A stretch of 25,574 nt of DNA from Candidatus Altiarchaeota archaeon (GCA_043804895.1 JAZDIN010000017.1:1-25574); one strand, 5' to 3'; positions 8,150 to 18,291 are shown, counted from the stretch's first letter. Program-made: numbers and translations. Notes: a model not told the origin generated them from the sequence alone.

Positions 8150-8350
8150 CTACTTCTGAACCATTGTTATAGCCTCGACTGGACATGAGGCGACACAGGC
8201 ACCGCATTCGATGCATGCGCTCTTGTTCTTGAGTATAGACTTCTTACCCTTCTTACTGTCTTTCATCTCGTACACGTTAGGGTTTGCCGGGCACACGCTG
8301 ACGCAAGCACCGCATCCTATGCACTTATCTTCATTCACTTCTGTTGGCAT
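8150..8350 (-). CDS. 2x[4Fe-4S] ferredoxin
   Basis: CIGCGACVSVCP and CIECGACVASCP; GAGGTG RBS upstream of ATG 8350. Confidence 0.93.
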   Translation of the reverse strand: MPTEVNEDKCIGCGACVSVCPANPNVYEMKDSKKGKKSILKNKSACIECGACVASCPVEAITMVQK

Positions 8351-8410
8351 TTTATGCACCTCATTTGAATGTTTTTAATTAATACGACAACCTCTTAAAA
8401 AATACTTAGG

Positions 8411-9196
8411 CTACCATTTGCCATGCTCTGACGTCTTCTTTGCCTCAACAACGACGAACTCAGATGGTTTGCCGTTGTTCCACATATTCGTTATTTCAAC
8501 CACCTTCTTCAATGACTCAACATCCTTCTCAATTGAGTAGTGTGGGCGAGCCTTGATGCGATCCATTAACTTAATAACATCCACGCGCGTGTCCACGCAG
8601 CCATCCCTCTCCAAGACAACTCCCTGCGCAGGCAAACGATAGGAATTCATCTTATCAACGCCTTCCTTGACTTCCATGTTACATCCGACACCAATTATCG
8701 CTTTAGGTTTGTACTTTTTCACCATTCTCTTTATGAGCGAGCCGCCAGGAGCGATGAAGAACTTATACCCTAATGATTCAGCCTCCTCCTTCACTGCGCC
8801 TATCCCGCATCTGCCGCAATTGAGGCATTTTATCCCCTCAGGTGTCAGCGGAGCCTGGCAGTTCGGGCTTCTAAGGCACTGCGGCAGGAACATCGCACGA
8901 TCATTGTAGGGTGTCTTCTCAAACCGCTCCTTATACAGTATGTTGTGGACCGCAATCACCATCTTACCAACGACATCCTCCTCAACGCCAAAGAGGCGCA
9001 GGAGATATGTGGTTGGAGCCTCAACAAGGTTGAGTATGAAGGAGGTTATGGTGGGTATGATTATCTGGCGAGTCTTAAGGAATATGATGGCCAACGCCAC
9101 CCCAACAACGACTAGCAAAGCGACTGCTAAACCAGCTAATATCAACAACCCGCCTAGAAGGAGGGCAGCTCCCAACAACATCGTAGTGGCTTCCAT
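8411..9196 (-). CDS. DUF116 family membrane-anchored Cys-rich protein
   Basis: N-terminal TM segments; LPQCLR..C.A.....G..C..CG.C; APGGS; IIGVGC; GCVDT. Confidence 0.85.
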   Translation of the reverse strand: MEATTMLLGAALLLGGLLILAGLAVALLVVVGVALAIIFLKTRQIIIPTITSFILNLVEAPTTYLLRLFGVEEDVVGKMVIAVHNILYKERFEKTPYNDRAMFLPQCLRSPNCQAPLTPEGIKCLNCGRCGIGAVKEEAESLGYKFFIAPGGSLIKRMVKKYKPKAIIGVGCNMEVKEGVDKMNSYRLPAQGVVLERDGCVDTRVDVIKLMDRIKARPHYSIEKDVESLKKVVEITNMWNNGKPSEFVVVEAKKTSEHGKW

Positions 9197-9234
9197 TTTA
9201 AGGGTATAAGATACCGGAGAGCATGCTTAAATAC

Positions 9235-9816
9235 TCAGTAGTCTATGCCATATCTTGAACGGATACCCTTCGTGAATGGGTGCTTAATCCGCTTCATATA
9301 GGTGACATAATCAGCTTCGTCTATGAGTTCTTTTGGGGCGTTCCTTCCCGTTAAGACCATCTCAACAGAAACTTTCCTAGATTTTATTAGCTTCAACACC
9401 CTTACTACTGATGTAAGTTTCCTGCTGAGAACGTTGTTTATCTCATCAAGGATGACAACATCATATTTACCTGAACTAACAACCTTTTCAGCAAGCTCTA
9501 ACGCCTCCTCTACCTTCTCTCTCTCCTCCTTCCTACTTAAAAAACAGTCCTTGCAGTTGCCGCACTCCATGCCCCCCATCTTCATCTCTTCGCTATAGGG
9601 GCAAGGCTTCCCAAACTGCTTGACTTTGAATGTTGGCAGCATCTTTTCAGCAGCCTCAACCTCTCCTGCGTGTCCGCCTCCCTTGAGGAACTGTATCATG
9701 TAGACTGACATACCATGCCCTATAGCCCTTGTGGCAAGCCCTACAGCAGCTGTTGTCTTACCCTTCCCCTCGCCGGTGTACACATGCACGAGGCCTTTTC
9801 TCTTATTCTTTGGCAT
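9235..9816 (-). CDS. cobO: Cob(I)alamin adenosyltransferase (CobA/CobO/BtuR type) with Cys-rich insert
   Basis: VYTGEGKGKTTAA, QFLKG, ILDE, LTGR, KHPF..G....GIDY. Confidence 0.92.
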   Translation of the reverse strand: MPKNKRKGLVHVYTGEGKGKTTAAVGLATRAIGHGMSVYMIQFLKGGGHAGEVEAAEKMLPTFKVKQFGKPCPYSEEMKMGGMECGNCKDCFLSRKEEREKVEEALELAEKVVSSGKYDVVILDEINNVLSRKLTSVVRVLKLIKSRKVSVEMVLTGRNAPKELIDEADYVTYMKRIKHPFTKGIRSRYGIDY

Positions 9817-9819
9817 TTT

Positions 9820-11961
9820 CTATCCTGTGTGACACACAGAGAAGCTACAGTTGTGGCATATGCTGCATCCCTCCTCTGAGGTCAGGGGGCCCCCACATTC
9901 AGGGCACTTCTGCTCCGGTGCAAGCACCTTTTTTACTGACTCTATGTTAAGGACTTGGTTGCTCCTGCTTCCATCCCTGTATATCGTAACTCCCTTACAG
10001 CCAAGATGGTAGGCTAGGAGATATACTTTTCCTACCTCCTCAGTGGTCGCATGCCCGGGGAAGTTGACTGTTTTAGAGACTGCATTGTCGACATGCTCCT
10101 GGAACGTAGCCTGCATTCTCACATGCCATTCGGGGGTTATGTCGTGGGCTGTCACGAATATCCTACGCACGTCTTCTGGTATCTCGACCATGTCTTGTAT
10201 AGACCCTCGTTTGGCTATCTTCCTCATCAAATCCTCGTTGTAGAATCCTCGCTCCTTCGCAATCCTCTCAAAGAGAGGATTAACTTCGATCATCTCTGTG
10301 TTGTCAAGGATGTTCCTGATGAAGGATATGGCGAAGAGAGGTTCTATCCCCCCAGAGCAGTTTGCTATTATGCTTATCGTCCCGGTCGGGGCTATCGTCG
10401 TTGTAGTCGCATTCCTCAATACCTTAAACCCCTTGTCCGGCCAGATGCTCTTCTTGAAGTTGTGGAATGACCCCCTCTTCCCCCCCAACTCCGCCGAAGC
10501 CTTCTTCGACTCATAATCTATGAATGATATCACCTCAGAGGCTATTTTGATGGCTTCCTCGCTGTTGTATGGCACGCCCAACTCAACTAACATGTCCGCG
10601 AACCCCATCACCCCCAAACCCACCTTCCGGTTGCTTTTCACCATCTTATCTATCTGATCTAGTGGGAACTTGCTAGCGTCTATCACATTATCCAGGAAAT
10701 GTATCGCGGTGTGGATGACCTTCCTCAACCGCTTATAGTTTACTTCCCCTCCATCAACCATCTTCGCTAGATTTATCGAGCCCAGATTACATGCCTCATA
10801 AGGCAATAATGGTTGCTCACCACAGGGATTAGTCGACTCTATCTCCCCAAGCGTTGGTGTGGGGTTGTCGCGGTTTATCCTATCCAGGAAAATGATACCA
10901 GGTTCACCATTTTTCCAGGCCATGGTAACTATCAGGTCGAAGACAGTTCTGGCGCCTATCCTGTTCACTGACTTCTTGTTCTTAGGGTTTTTGAGGTCGT
11001 ACTCCTGGTTTGCCTCAACAGCCTTCATGAAGTCTTCGGTCAATCCGATTGAGAGGTTGAAGTTGTTCAATACATCCTCCTTCTCCTTTGCGACTATGAA
11101 GTCCAGGACATCAGGGTGGTCAACGCGTAGTATGGCCATGTTGGCTCCGCGCCGGGTTCCACCCTGTTTTATGACTTCTGTCGCGGCATTGAACACGTTC
11201 ATGAAGGAAAGTGGACCTGAGGCGACACCACTTGTTGAGGCTACTATGTCCCCCTTTGGCCTGAGTTTTGAGAAGCTGAATCCAGTCCCCCCTCCGCTTT
11301 TGTGTATCAATGCCGTGTTCTTTATAGCCTCGAATATGCTCTCCATACTATCCTCGACTGGGAGCACAAAACAAGCAGAAAGTTGTTGTAGCTCACGGCC
11401 TGCATTCATTAGGGTGGGGCTGTTTGGGAGGAATTCAAGTGTTGACATCATCTGATAGAATTCCCTCACGGTCTTTTTAACATCAGCATCCTTGTCGTAC
11501 AACAACTCTGTATTTGCAATGTTGTTTGCGACTCGTTGGAACATCTGTTTTGGGGTCTCGACAACCTTGCCGTTCTCATCCTTGACTAGGTATCTCCTCT
11601 CCAAGACTTTGACCGCGTTCAAAGACAGTTTTATGTCGTCTTCGACCCCCATCATCGATTTAGCTTCCCGTATCTTTTTCCTCTCCTCCCTATAGAGTAT
11701 GTAGGCTTTAGCTATACCCGGCCCCGCGCTTTCTATAAGGACTTCCTCAACAACATCTTGTATGTCCTCGACTGTTGGAATGTTGTGCCACTCCTTCTTC
11801 CCCAGGTTTTTAGTGACCTTTTCTGCTAATTTTTCAGCTTCCTCTCCATCTCTCCCCTCTAGTGAGGATATGGCCTTGTGTATGGCGTCGACGATCTTCT
11901 GTTTGTTGAATTTTACAACCTTACCATCTCTCTTCCTAACCCTAGAAATCATACCAACCAA
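9820..11961 (-). CDS. nrdJ: Adenosylcobalamin-dependent (class II) ribonucleotide reductase with N-terminal ATP cone and C-terminal Zn ribbon
   Basis: VRKRDG ATP cone; PNSPTLMNAG; SACFV; QGGTRRGANM; TNPCGEQPL; CNLGS; TIAPTGT; CPECG...EEGC..C..C. Confidence 0.96.
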   Translation of the reverse strand: MVGMISRVRKRDGKVVKFNKQKIVDAIHKAISSLEGRDGEEAEKLAEKVTKNLGKKEWHNIPTVEDIQDVVEEVLIESAGPGIAKAYILYREERKKIREAKSMMGVEDDIKLSLNAVKVLERRYLVKDENGKVVETPKQMFQRVANNIANTELLYDKDADVKKTVREFYQMMSTLEFLPNSPTLMNAGRELQQLSACFVLPVEDSMESIFEAIKNTALIHKSGGGTGFSFSKLRPKGDIVASTSGVASGPLSFMNVFNAATEVIKQGGTRRGANMAILRVDHPDVLDFIVAKEKEDVLNNFNLSIGLTEDFMKAVEANQEYDLKNPKNKKSVNRIGARTVFDLIVTMAWKNGEPGIIFLDRINRDNPTPTLGEIESTNPCGEQPLLPYEACNLGSINLAKMVDGGEVNYKRLRKVIHTAIHFLDNVIDASKFPLDQIDKMVKSNRKVGLGVMGFADMLVELGVPYNSEEAIKIASEVISFIDYESKKASAELGGKRGSFHNFKKSIWPDKGFKVLRNATTTTIAPTGTISIIANCSGGIEPLFAISFIRNILDNTEMIEVNPLFERIAKERGFYNEDLMRKIAKRGSIQDMVEIPEDVRRIFVTAHDITPEWHVRMQATFQEHVDNAVSKTVNFPGHATTEEVGKVYLLAYHLGCKGVTIYRDGSRSNQVLNIESVKKVLAPEQKCPECGGPLTSEEGCSICHNCSFSVCHTG

Positions 11962-12024
11962 GTTTTATGGGGTGAGAGAGAATATATAATGCTAGCTCCC
12001 CTGAAGGTTTTTATATTCGTTTGA

Positions 12025-12267
12025 CTACACAGATTCAACCTTTTTCACACCAGGAACCTCTTTCTTCAGAGTCATCTCGATTCCGTGTTGGAGGGTCATC
12101 TGACTCATCGGGCAGCCGTGGCATGCTCCCTTAAGTTTGACTTTTACGACACCCTCCTTGCTGACCTCGACAAATTCCACATCCCCCCCATCCATCTGCA
12201 ACATTGGTCTTACCTTCTCCAACGCTTTCTTAACCTCCTCTTTCATTACATCAACCTCGTATATCAT
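12025..12267 (-). CDS. Nfu/NifU C-terminal-type Fe-S carrier protein
   Basis: VRPMLQMDGGDVE...LKGACHGCPMSQMTL; the true start may be the internal MKEEV. Confidence 0.92.
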   Translation of the reverse strand: MIYEVDVMKEEVKKALEKVRPMLQMDGGDVEFVEVSKEGVVKVKLKGACHGCPMSQMTLQHGIEMTLKKEVPGVKKVESV

Positions 12268-13166
12268 CTGTAACCTGCGATTATTAGCGGTAGCAGTATG
12301 CTCGTGTCACCGTAGACTGTGGCGGTTCTACCCTTCCCCTTAATCTTACCCCAACTTTTACCCTCCTTCGGGTGGGCTCCAGAGAGGCTTCCATCATATT
12401 CCTGGGCGGTTGTAATGTAGACTGCGTAGTCTAGGCCGCCTCTCATTAGGTTCGCGCCTATCAGGTGGTGTTTTGATATCCCCCCGCCAAGTACTATACC
12501 CCCCGTCTGTTTGGCGGCGAATACGATGTCAGCTAGTTGATGGAAGTCTTCGGCCGTGTCCATTATGAATTCCCTGTGTTTCTGCTTGAAGAAGAAGAGG
12601 TGCATCCCGATAGCTGAGTCCACCATACCTGGGCAGAATACAGGTATTTTTTTCCTGTAGCATGTGTTTAGGAATGAGTGTTTTGGGAGTATGCTACCTA
12701 TGTAGTTGTTGAGTTCTGATGGTGTGAATACATTGGTTTTTTTCTCCATATGTGTGAATACTCTCCTCATCTTCCGCTCCAATAGCATATACCTGTCGTT
12801 TGGGACTAGTATATTACCTATCCTATTCACCCCTTTCCTATGGAGTTCTATGTCGTCTGCGTTGAAGCTGCCGAGCAAGTATGGTTTGTAGGAGCGTATT
12901 ATGTCGTGGTCTATACTACCCCCGCTCGTGATAACTGCGTCTGCAAGGCCTTCATCAACCATCTGTGTCAGCACACCGCGAAGGCCCGAGGCCATCATAT
13001 TGGCTGTGAACGCCAGGAATATGGTCGCGTCGGCTTCTCTCATCTCCCTTATGATACCCACTGCGGCTTTTAGCTCACTAGCCTGAAACCCTGTACTGCC
13101 TAACTTTCCAACCAGCTCCCTGGCGCTGTCCCTACCAGCGACTCTAATATCCTTAACCTTATCCAT
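12264..13166 (-). CDS. dhs: Deoxyhypusine synthase
   Basis: GFQA, FTANMMASGLR, NRIGNILVPND.Y, LGGGISKHH, DGSLSGA, SWGK (active-site Lys). Confidence 0.93.
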   Translation of the reverse strand: MDKVKDIRVAGRDSARELVGKLGSTGFQASELKAAVGIIREMREADATIFLAFTANMMASGLRGVLTQMVDEGLADAVITSGGSIDHDIIRSYKPYLLGSFNADDIELHRKGVNRIGNILVPNDRYMLLERKMRRVFTHMEKKTNVFTPSELNNYIGSILPKHSFLNTCYRKKIPVFCPGMVDSAIGMHLFFFKQKHREFIMDTAEDFHQLADIVFAAKQTGGIVLGGGISKHHLIGANLMRGGLDYAVYITTAQEYDGSLSGAHPKEGKSWGKIKGKGRTATVYGDTSILLPLIIAGYR

Positions 13167-13212
13167 TGTAGTGCCTAACTCTCCTTATCCCCAACCCATA
13201 CGTAGTGCCTAA
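13167..13212 (-). repeat. Dispersed repeat copies 2 and 3 (TGTAGTGCCTAACTC 13167-13181; GTAGTGCCTAA 13202-13212)
   Basis: Two same-orientation copies in the nadX-dhs gap. Confidence 0.85.
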
Positions 13213-13216
13213 TCCC

Positions 13217-14038
13217 TCAATTCCCTATCTTCACACTCCCACTCAACTGCTTGAGGACAGAGATTGCGGAGAGTACTGCAAGGTGGGAGGTTCTCGGGTT
13301 CGCTGGAGATGGGACGTTTGAAGTCCTCGTCGTAATCTCCCCGAAGTCCCCCCGGACTGTTATCTCATGTACGTTCCTATCTGTGCTCGGGTCAGCGATT
13401 ATTCTCACTCTCGCATTCCTTCCTGAAGCAAGCGAGACTACTGCCGAGACGTTGATGTTCTTTGGGAACATTTTCACAGCATGTTGGGCGTCTCCCTCAA
13501 ACACAACCATCGGCTTAGTTATACCCTCCAACCTGATTCCCTTATCCAGGAGGTATTTTGCATCCTTCAACCCTGCCGGCGGTTTAGTAGTGGTTAACAT
13601 AACCTCCTCTATCCTCCCACACGAACCCGCCATCACGCCGTCAACCCCGGCTAATGCGCCGGATGGAAGGTAAATCCTAGACCCAGACTTTGAAGCTGCA
13701 CGCGTCAGCCCTTCCATCAAATTCCTATCAAGCAACGGCCCAACGCTCATTACTAGTATACTCTTACCCCTCTTCACCGCTTCAGGGGCATATTCCCTGA
13801 CTGCCTGCTGGCTTGCAGCCTCAATGATGACGTCACAGGATTTTAGCAATGGAGGGAATGATGCCACTACCTTGGGTTTGTGTTTGAGCTCTGTTGAGAG
13901 CTTCTTTGCTTTCGCTACGTCTATGTCAAAGACGCATGTAAGCTGCCCATATATCTCACCTCTGTCGAACGCCTTGGCTATGGCGGAGCCCATGGCCCCG
14001 CATCCAACCAAACCGAAACGAATTTTCACCCTCATCAC
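13217..14038 (-). CDS. nadX: L-aspartate dehydrogenase
   Basis: GCGAMG Rossmann motif; EAAS; SGALAGVD; KPP; FPKNINV; NVHEI; NPRTSHLA. Confidence 0.93.
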   Translation of the reverse strand: MMRVKIRFGLVGCGAMGSAIAKAFDRGEIYGQLTCVFDIDVAKAKKLSTELKHKPKVVASFPPLLKSCDVIIEAASQQAVREYAPEAVKRGKSILVMSVGPLLDRNLMEGLTRAASKSGSRIYLPSGALAGVDGVMAGSCGRIEEVMLTTTKPPAGLKDAKYLLDKGIRLEGITKPMVVFEGDAQHAVKMFPKNINVSAVVSLASGRNARVRIIADPSTDRNVHEITVRGDFGEITTRTSNVPSPANPRTSHLAVLSAISVLKQLSGSVKIGN

Positions 14039-14044
14039 CCTCTA

Positions 14045-15412
14045 TTAGTACGTCCTGTTAAATATCAAGTCTGCGAGATATACCCCCCATGCCTTCAACG
14101 AGTCAGTTAGTTCGCCTGCGTTCTTCGCGTTTTTCATCCTGAGTGCGATGTGTCTCGGGTTGAGATAAAACCTCTTAGACTGCCTGTAAGCGAGCGCATC
14201 TATGTCTGAGCGAACTACCCCCTCAGGTAAAAAATAAGGCACACCTGCATTACCCCTCATATAACCCACCCAATAATTCTCGCGTATCAGGCCTTTACTC
14301 ACGCAATAATCCATCAGCCTTGTGTTCGGTAGTACTATCGTCATAGCATACCCGTAGCTGTCCGGTTTCAGGCTGTTCGTGAAGGATATCGTCCTTTCCA
14401 TATCCCTCCTGGTTTCCCCAGGGAACCCGACCATGATGTACGCCCTAGTCATAATCCCTGCCTCCCTACAACCCTTGAAGGCTTTAACATATGCCTTGTC
14501 TGGCACATTCTTACCTACTAAAGCCCTAATCTCCTCGCTACCAGACTCCACCCCAAAGCTTATGTGCCTGCACCCCCGTTTGCCCATATACCTGAGCAAT
14601 TCCCCCTCAACCATGTCGGCGCGCGTCGTGCAGGCCCAAGAGAGATTGTACTCCTCCATCAAATCCGCAATCTCCATAGTGTGTTGTCTGTCTAATGTGA
14701 AGACATCATCAGCAAAATCTAATGAAATTAAGCACCTCCCCCTACTCATACCCTCCACTTCACCCCTAATACTATCCAACCCCCTCTTCCTGTAAGGTGT
14801 GCCAGCCATGCCACAGTACATGCAGTTGCATGGGCATCCCCTCGAGGCCATAATCGGCACGAAGCGGTACCTTTTTTCATCGAAGAGGTGCCTCGCAGGG
14901 TATGGCAGGTGGTTTATGTCATTGACTAGCCCACAATTGATTATCCCCGATACTCCATCACCTCCATCAATTACCCCCTTACAGTACTCGGCAAAGGAGT
15001 AATCAGCCTCTCCGCTGAAGCAGACGTCAGCCCCCAGAAGCAGCGACGAGCCAGTGTCAGCCCCGATATGCGGGCCACCAACCGCTATCTTCGGAATAGT
15101 AGAAGTACGGCCCCCCTCCCTAACTTCATCTATTAGCCTCTTGACGAATCGCAGGCTCAGACTTGTGACTGAAATACCGAGGACTTTAGGTTTAGCATCA
15201 AGGATTCTCCTGGCCAACCCCCCAACATCAACCTTTTCCACACTGCAGTCAATGACTGAAACGGAAATGCCACTCTCCTCAAGCACGGCCGCCAGGTAGG
15301 CCACACCCAAGGGAATTGAGGTGAAATACGCCCCTCCGTGGAACATGACATCCTCATACGGCGGGTAAACCAGAACCACCTCTGGTCGAACACTAGACTC
15401 CAACCCCCTCAC
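14045..15412 (-). CDS. B12-binding domain radical SAM enzyme
   Basis: PLGVAYLAAVL; VGGPH; GEAD; SRGCPCNCMYC (CxxxCxxC); FGVESGS; GFPGET; GTG start overlaps the upstream TGA. Confidence 0.9.
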   Translation of the reverse strand: MRGLESSVRPEVVLVYPPYEDVMFHGGAYFTSIPLGVAYLAAVLEESGISVSVIDCSVEKVDVGGLARRILDAKPKVLGISVTSLSLRFVKRLIDEVREGGRTSTIPKIAVGGPHIGADTGSSLLLGADVCFSGEADYSFAEYCKGVIDGGDGVSGIINCGLVNDINHLPYPARHLFDEKRYRFVPIMASRGCPCNCMYCGMAGTPYRKRGLDSIRGEVEGMSRGRCLISLDFADDVFTLDRQHTMEIADLMEEYNLSWACTTRADMVEGELLRYMGKRGCRHISFGVESGSEEIRALVGKNVPDKAYVKAFKGCREAGIMTRAYIMVGFPGETRRDMERTISFTNSLKPDSYGYAMTIVLPNTRLMDYCVSKGLIRENYWVGYMRGNAGVPYFLPEGVVRSDIDALAYRQSKRFYLNPRHIALRMKNAKNAGELTDSLKAWGVYLADLIFNRTY

Positions 15413-16881
15413 CCATAACTTCTGTCCGCCCGGTTCTTGTCAACGACCATGGAGCTGTCTTTGTTCATGCCGTTCCACAGGCTGCCGTAGCGTTCCTGAA
15501 GCTGGTGTTCGATCGACTTAGATTCCTTAAGGCTTTTTATGATATGCTTAGACTCTATGTACTCGCTGCCTTCGACAACAGCAAGGTCGCCTGCCATCCT
15601 AACTGCGCCACCCAAGTCCCTAAGCCTCAGGGTGATGGCGTTTTTCGCACCGTCAACGTCATTGGCTCTTGTGACTGCCTCCTCGACCAAGAGCCTGATA
15701 ACATCAGACTTCGCTGGGGGTATCCTCCCGTCCATTGCTATCTCCTGGGCTGCGAACCGGAGTATCTTGTCCCTATTCTCTGGGGTGTCCTCCATGCTAG
15801 TGTCCAAGAGTATCTCGTACCCGTTCCCGATTATCCTGGAGCGAAGTGGAGGCAGAATCCTCCCCACATCGCTTATGTTGCACGCCCCAACGAAGAGGAA
15901 ATCACAAGGCACGTTCTCAACCTTGACTGAAGCTCCGGCTGATTGTGGATTCCTGCCTGTTATCGGGAACTTCTTCTCCTGCATCGCAGTGAGTATGAAA
16001 TTCTGAAGATGGTCTAGGTGCGGGAGTTCGTCTATGAACAGCACACCTTCATGGGCCTCGTGTATCGCCCCAGGTACGACTCGAATGTACGCCGGAGTCC
16101 CTATCTCAGGGTGCATGCCGTAGGGGTCGTGCCTGACGTCCCCTAAAAGTTCGGTCTCGCTCGCCCCGCTCATGTGCACGAAATTCTTCCTATCAAGCGG
16201 GATGATGACGTTCCTCATGTCCTTGTCGTTGAGCTTCCTTACCTCCTCTAAGGCATTCTTGTCAAGTACCTTCACCATACCATTCGCAGTCCTCTGGTAG
16301 ACTATTACCTCCTCAACACCATCGGAGCCAATCCTGGAGGTGTGAACCTCAGTCTCAGGCTTCATAGGTCCAACCTCAAAGACCTCGCTGAGCATGCTGT
16401 TTACTGGATTCTGTTTCATCCTCTTAACCAGCCTGCTATACTTGCCTGACCCGCACTGCGGGCACGTCAGATAGTCGACCGCGCTTAATGCGCCGCAGCT
16501 TGAACACCTGAAGCCAAGCCGCTCAGCGACAAAAGAAGGTACCTCCATAGGATAAACCACTCGCCCGCCTGCTATCCCTCTCCTCAAAGCTATAGCCTCA
16601 AGTTCAGCCCTGCCTACCACCTCAACAAGAGGCCTATTCGGGTTCTTGGGGTTATGGACTATGCTAACCTGCTGTTGGGGGGTGGGAAGCTGGCTAGCTA
16701 AAGCCTGAGCCAACATACTCTTACCAACCCCCGGCGGGCCCACAAGAAGAAGGTTCCTGCGCTGTTTAATAGCTATCCTGACCTTACTGACTGCCGTCTC
16801 CTGGCCTATGATGCGCTCTATGGGGTCAGCTGGGATGCTGACGTCCCTCGTTGATTCTACGTTGTCCAACAGCATGTTCAC
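15409..16881 (-). CDS. Archaeal LonB-type AAA+ ATPase lacking the protease domain, with Zn-finger insert
   Basis: IIGQE; Walker A GPPGVGKS; LLGDVRHDPYG; GAIHEAHEGVLFIDE; VPCDF; LRSRI.GNGYE; LRLRDLGG; CSSC..CPQC insert; ends without a Ser-Lys protease domain. Confidence 0.85.
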   Translation of the reverse strand: MNMLLDNVESTRDVSIPADPIERIIGQETAVSKVRIAIKQRRNLLLVGPPGVGKSMLAQALASQLPTPQQQVSIVHNPKNPNRPLVEVVGRAELEAIALRRGIAGGRVVYPMEVPSFVAERLGFRCSSCGALSAVDYLTCPQCGSGKYSRLVKRMKQNPVNSMLSEVFEVGPMKPETEVHTSRIGSDGVEEVIVYQRTANGMVKVLDKNALEEVRKLNDKDMRNVIIPLDRKNFVHMSGASETELLGDVRHDPYGMHPEIGTPAYIRVVPGAIHEAHEGVLFIDELPHLDHLQNFILTAMQEKKFPITGRNPQSAGASVKVENVPCDFLFVGACNISDVGRILPPLRSRIIGNGYEILLDTSMEDTPENRDKILRFAAQEIAMDGRIPPAKSDVIRLLVEEAVTRANDVDGAKNAITLRLRDLGGAVRMAGDLAVVEGSEYIESKHIIKSLKESKSIEHQLQERYGSLWNGMNKDSSMVVDKNRADRSYG

Positions 16882-16942
16882 TACTACTTTAGACCTGAGT
16901 TAAAATATAGTGTGCGGCGTAGGTGGCTACGCCGCAAATGGA

Positions 16943-18121
16943 CTAAATCGCAGGACTCCCTCGTTCGGTAAGGATTGCAATGTTGTACGTGCTCTTGATG
17001 TCAGCTGCGGTGTTCACCCCAATGAGCGCCTTAACTTCGCTTCCTCTTGCAGCATCCACAAGACGCTGGGTTACTATCCCATCCAAGACGACGAACGCCG
17101 GCTGAACCCTCCCGAGCGTGTTGATCAAATCCTTGATCTCCACCTCCGTTATCAGGGTCTTGTCCTTGTCGAACAGCTTAGCGCTTAGCTTCCCCTTAAC
17201 CCCCGCCAACTCGCTTAACAGGCTCTCTGGGCTGACCTCCTGTTCAGGAGCGACTGCGACGTCGTCCCTGAACTCGTCCTTGAAGTCCTCCCTCCTCGGC
17301 CTGCCGTTCCTCATCTGGTCTGTTGGGACCTTCTTCCTCAAGGCCATTATAATCTCCTTCTTCCCAAGGTCCTCAACCTCCTTCCCTGGGGGTGCCTTAG
17401 CGACGAAATCCACATCAGCCACTTGGGCGAGCTCCTTGAGTATCATCTCACCACCCCGGTCACCGTCGACGAACGCTATGGTGGTCTTGCTCTTGCTTAT
17501 CTCAGATATCACCTTAGGTATGTTGGTGCCGCCGACTGCTATGGCATTCTTTATCCCACACTTCAGGAGAGTCAAGACATCGGCCCTGCCTTCAACAAGT
17601 ATCACGGAATCTGACTCCTCTATGGACGGCCCAGCAGGCAGCCCCTTGTAAACCGTTATCTCGCTCAACTGCACCGACTTCCTGACCTCATCGACTAACT
17701 CCATGCTTTCAGGAATCTCCTCATGCATGAGCTTCCTCAGTATCTCCTTAGCGCGGTCAGCCATAACTTTCCTCTTGCTGGTTCTGGCATCCACGACATT
17801 CGTAATCCTGATGTGCGCGTTGCACGGCCCCACCCTATCGACTGTCTCCAATGTGGCAGCTATAATGGATGTCTCGACCATGTCCAGGCTCGACGGCACA
17901 ATGACAGTGCCCGTCGACTTCCCACTCTTGGTCTTGATATCAACCTCAATCCTACCAATCCTTCCAGTCTTCTGCAAGTCCCTCAGCTCAAGCTCCTCCC
18001 CAAGGAGGCCTTCAGACTGACCGAACAAAGCCCCGACCACGTCTGGTTTCTCAACGACGCCGTCTATCGAAATCTCAGCGTATATGTTATATTTGATTGT
18101 ATCTGCTGGCGCTTTTGACAT
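16943..18121 (-). CDS. dnaG: Archaeal DnaG (TOPRIM; exosome-associated in characterised archaea)
   Basis: [73 protein letters not shown]. Confidence 0.96.
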   Translation of the reverse strand: MSKAPADTIKYNIYAEISIDGVVEKPDVVGALFGQSEGLLGEELELRDLQKTGRIGRIEVDIKTKSGKSTGTVIVPSSLDMVETSIIAATLETVDRVGPCNAHIRITNVVDARTSKRKVMADRAKEILRKLMHEEIPESMELVDEVRKSVQLSEITVYKGLPAGPSIEESDSVILVEGRADVLTLLKCGIKNAIAVGGTNIPKVISEISKSKTTIAFVDGDRGGEMILKELAQVADVDFVAKAPPGKEVEDLGKKEIIMALRKKVPTDQMRNGRPRREDFKDEFRDDVAVAPEQEVSPESLLSELAGVKGKLSAKLFDKDKTLITEVEIKDLINTLGRVQPAFVVLDGIVTQRLVDAARGSEVKALIGVNTAADIKSTYNIAILTERGSPAI

Positions 18122-18146
18122 ATTTTCACCTCTTTTTTCGTTACCT

Positions 18147-18247
18147 ACAGCAAATCAAGCCAAGAAGAGAGTGCAACAAACGACCGCCATGTCGCCTGCG
18201 CATTTACACATCTCAGATGAACGATTGAATGTGAATCTCTTGACTGT
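18147..18247 (-). ncRNA. Putative structured RNA (three-way junction) upstream of dnaG
   Basis: Minus strand: closing stem AAGAGA/UCUCUU, hairpin CACAUUCA..UGAGAUGUG, hairpin UGCGCAGGCGAC-AUGGCG-GUCGUUUGUUGCA, outer ACAG/CUGU; folded by eye only. Confidence 0.5.
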
Positions 18248-18291
18248 GAAATTACTGCATACTTTTACGCAATCCTGGCTTAATAAGCCAC

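Noticed and set aside
9820-11961. Intein in nrdJ (also checked the Lon-like ATPase)
   Set aside because: Motifs are contiguous and lengths are normal; no intein splice-junction pattern seen.
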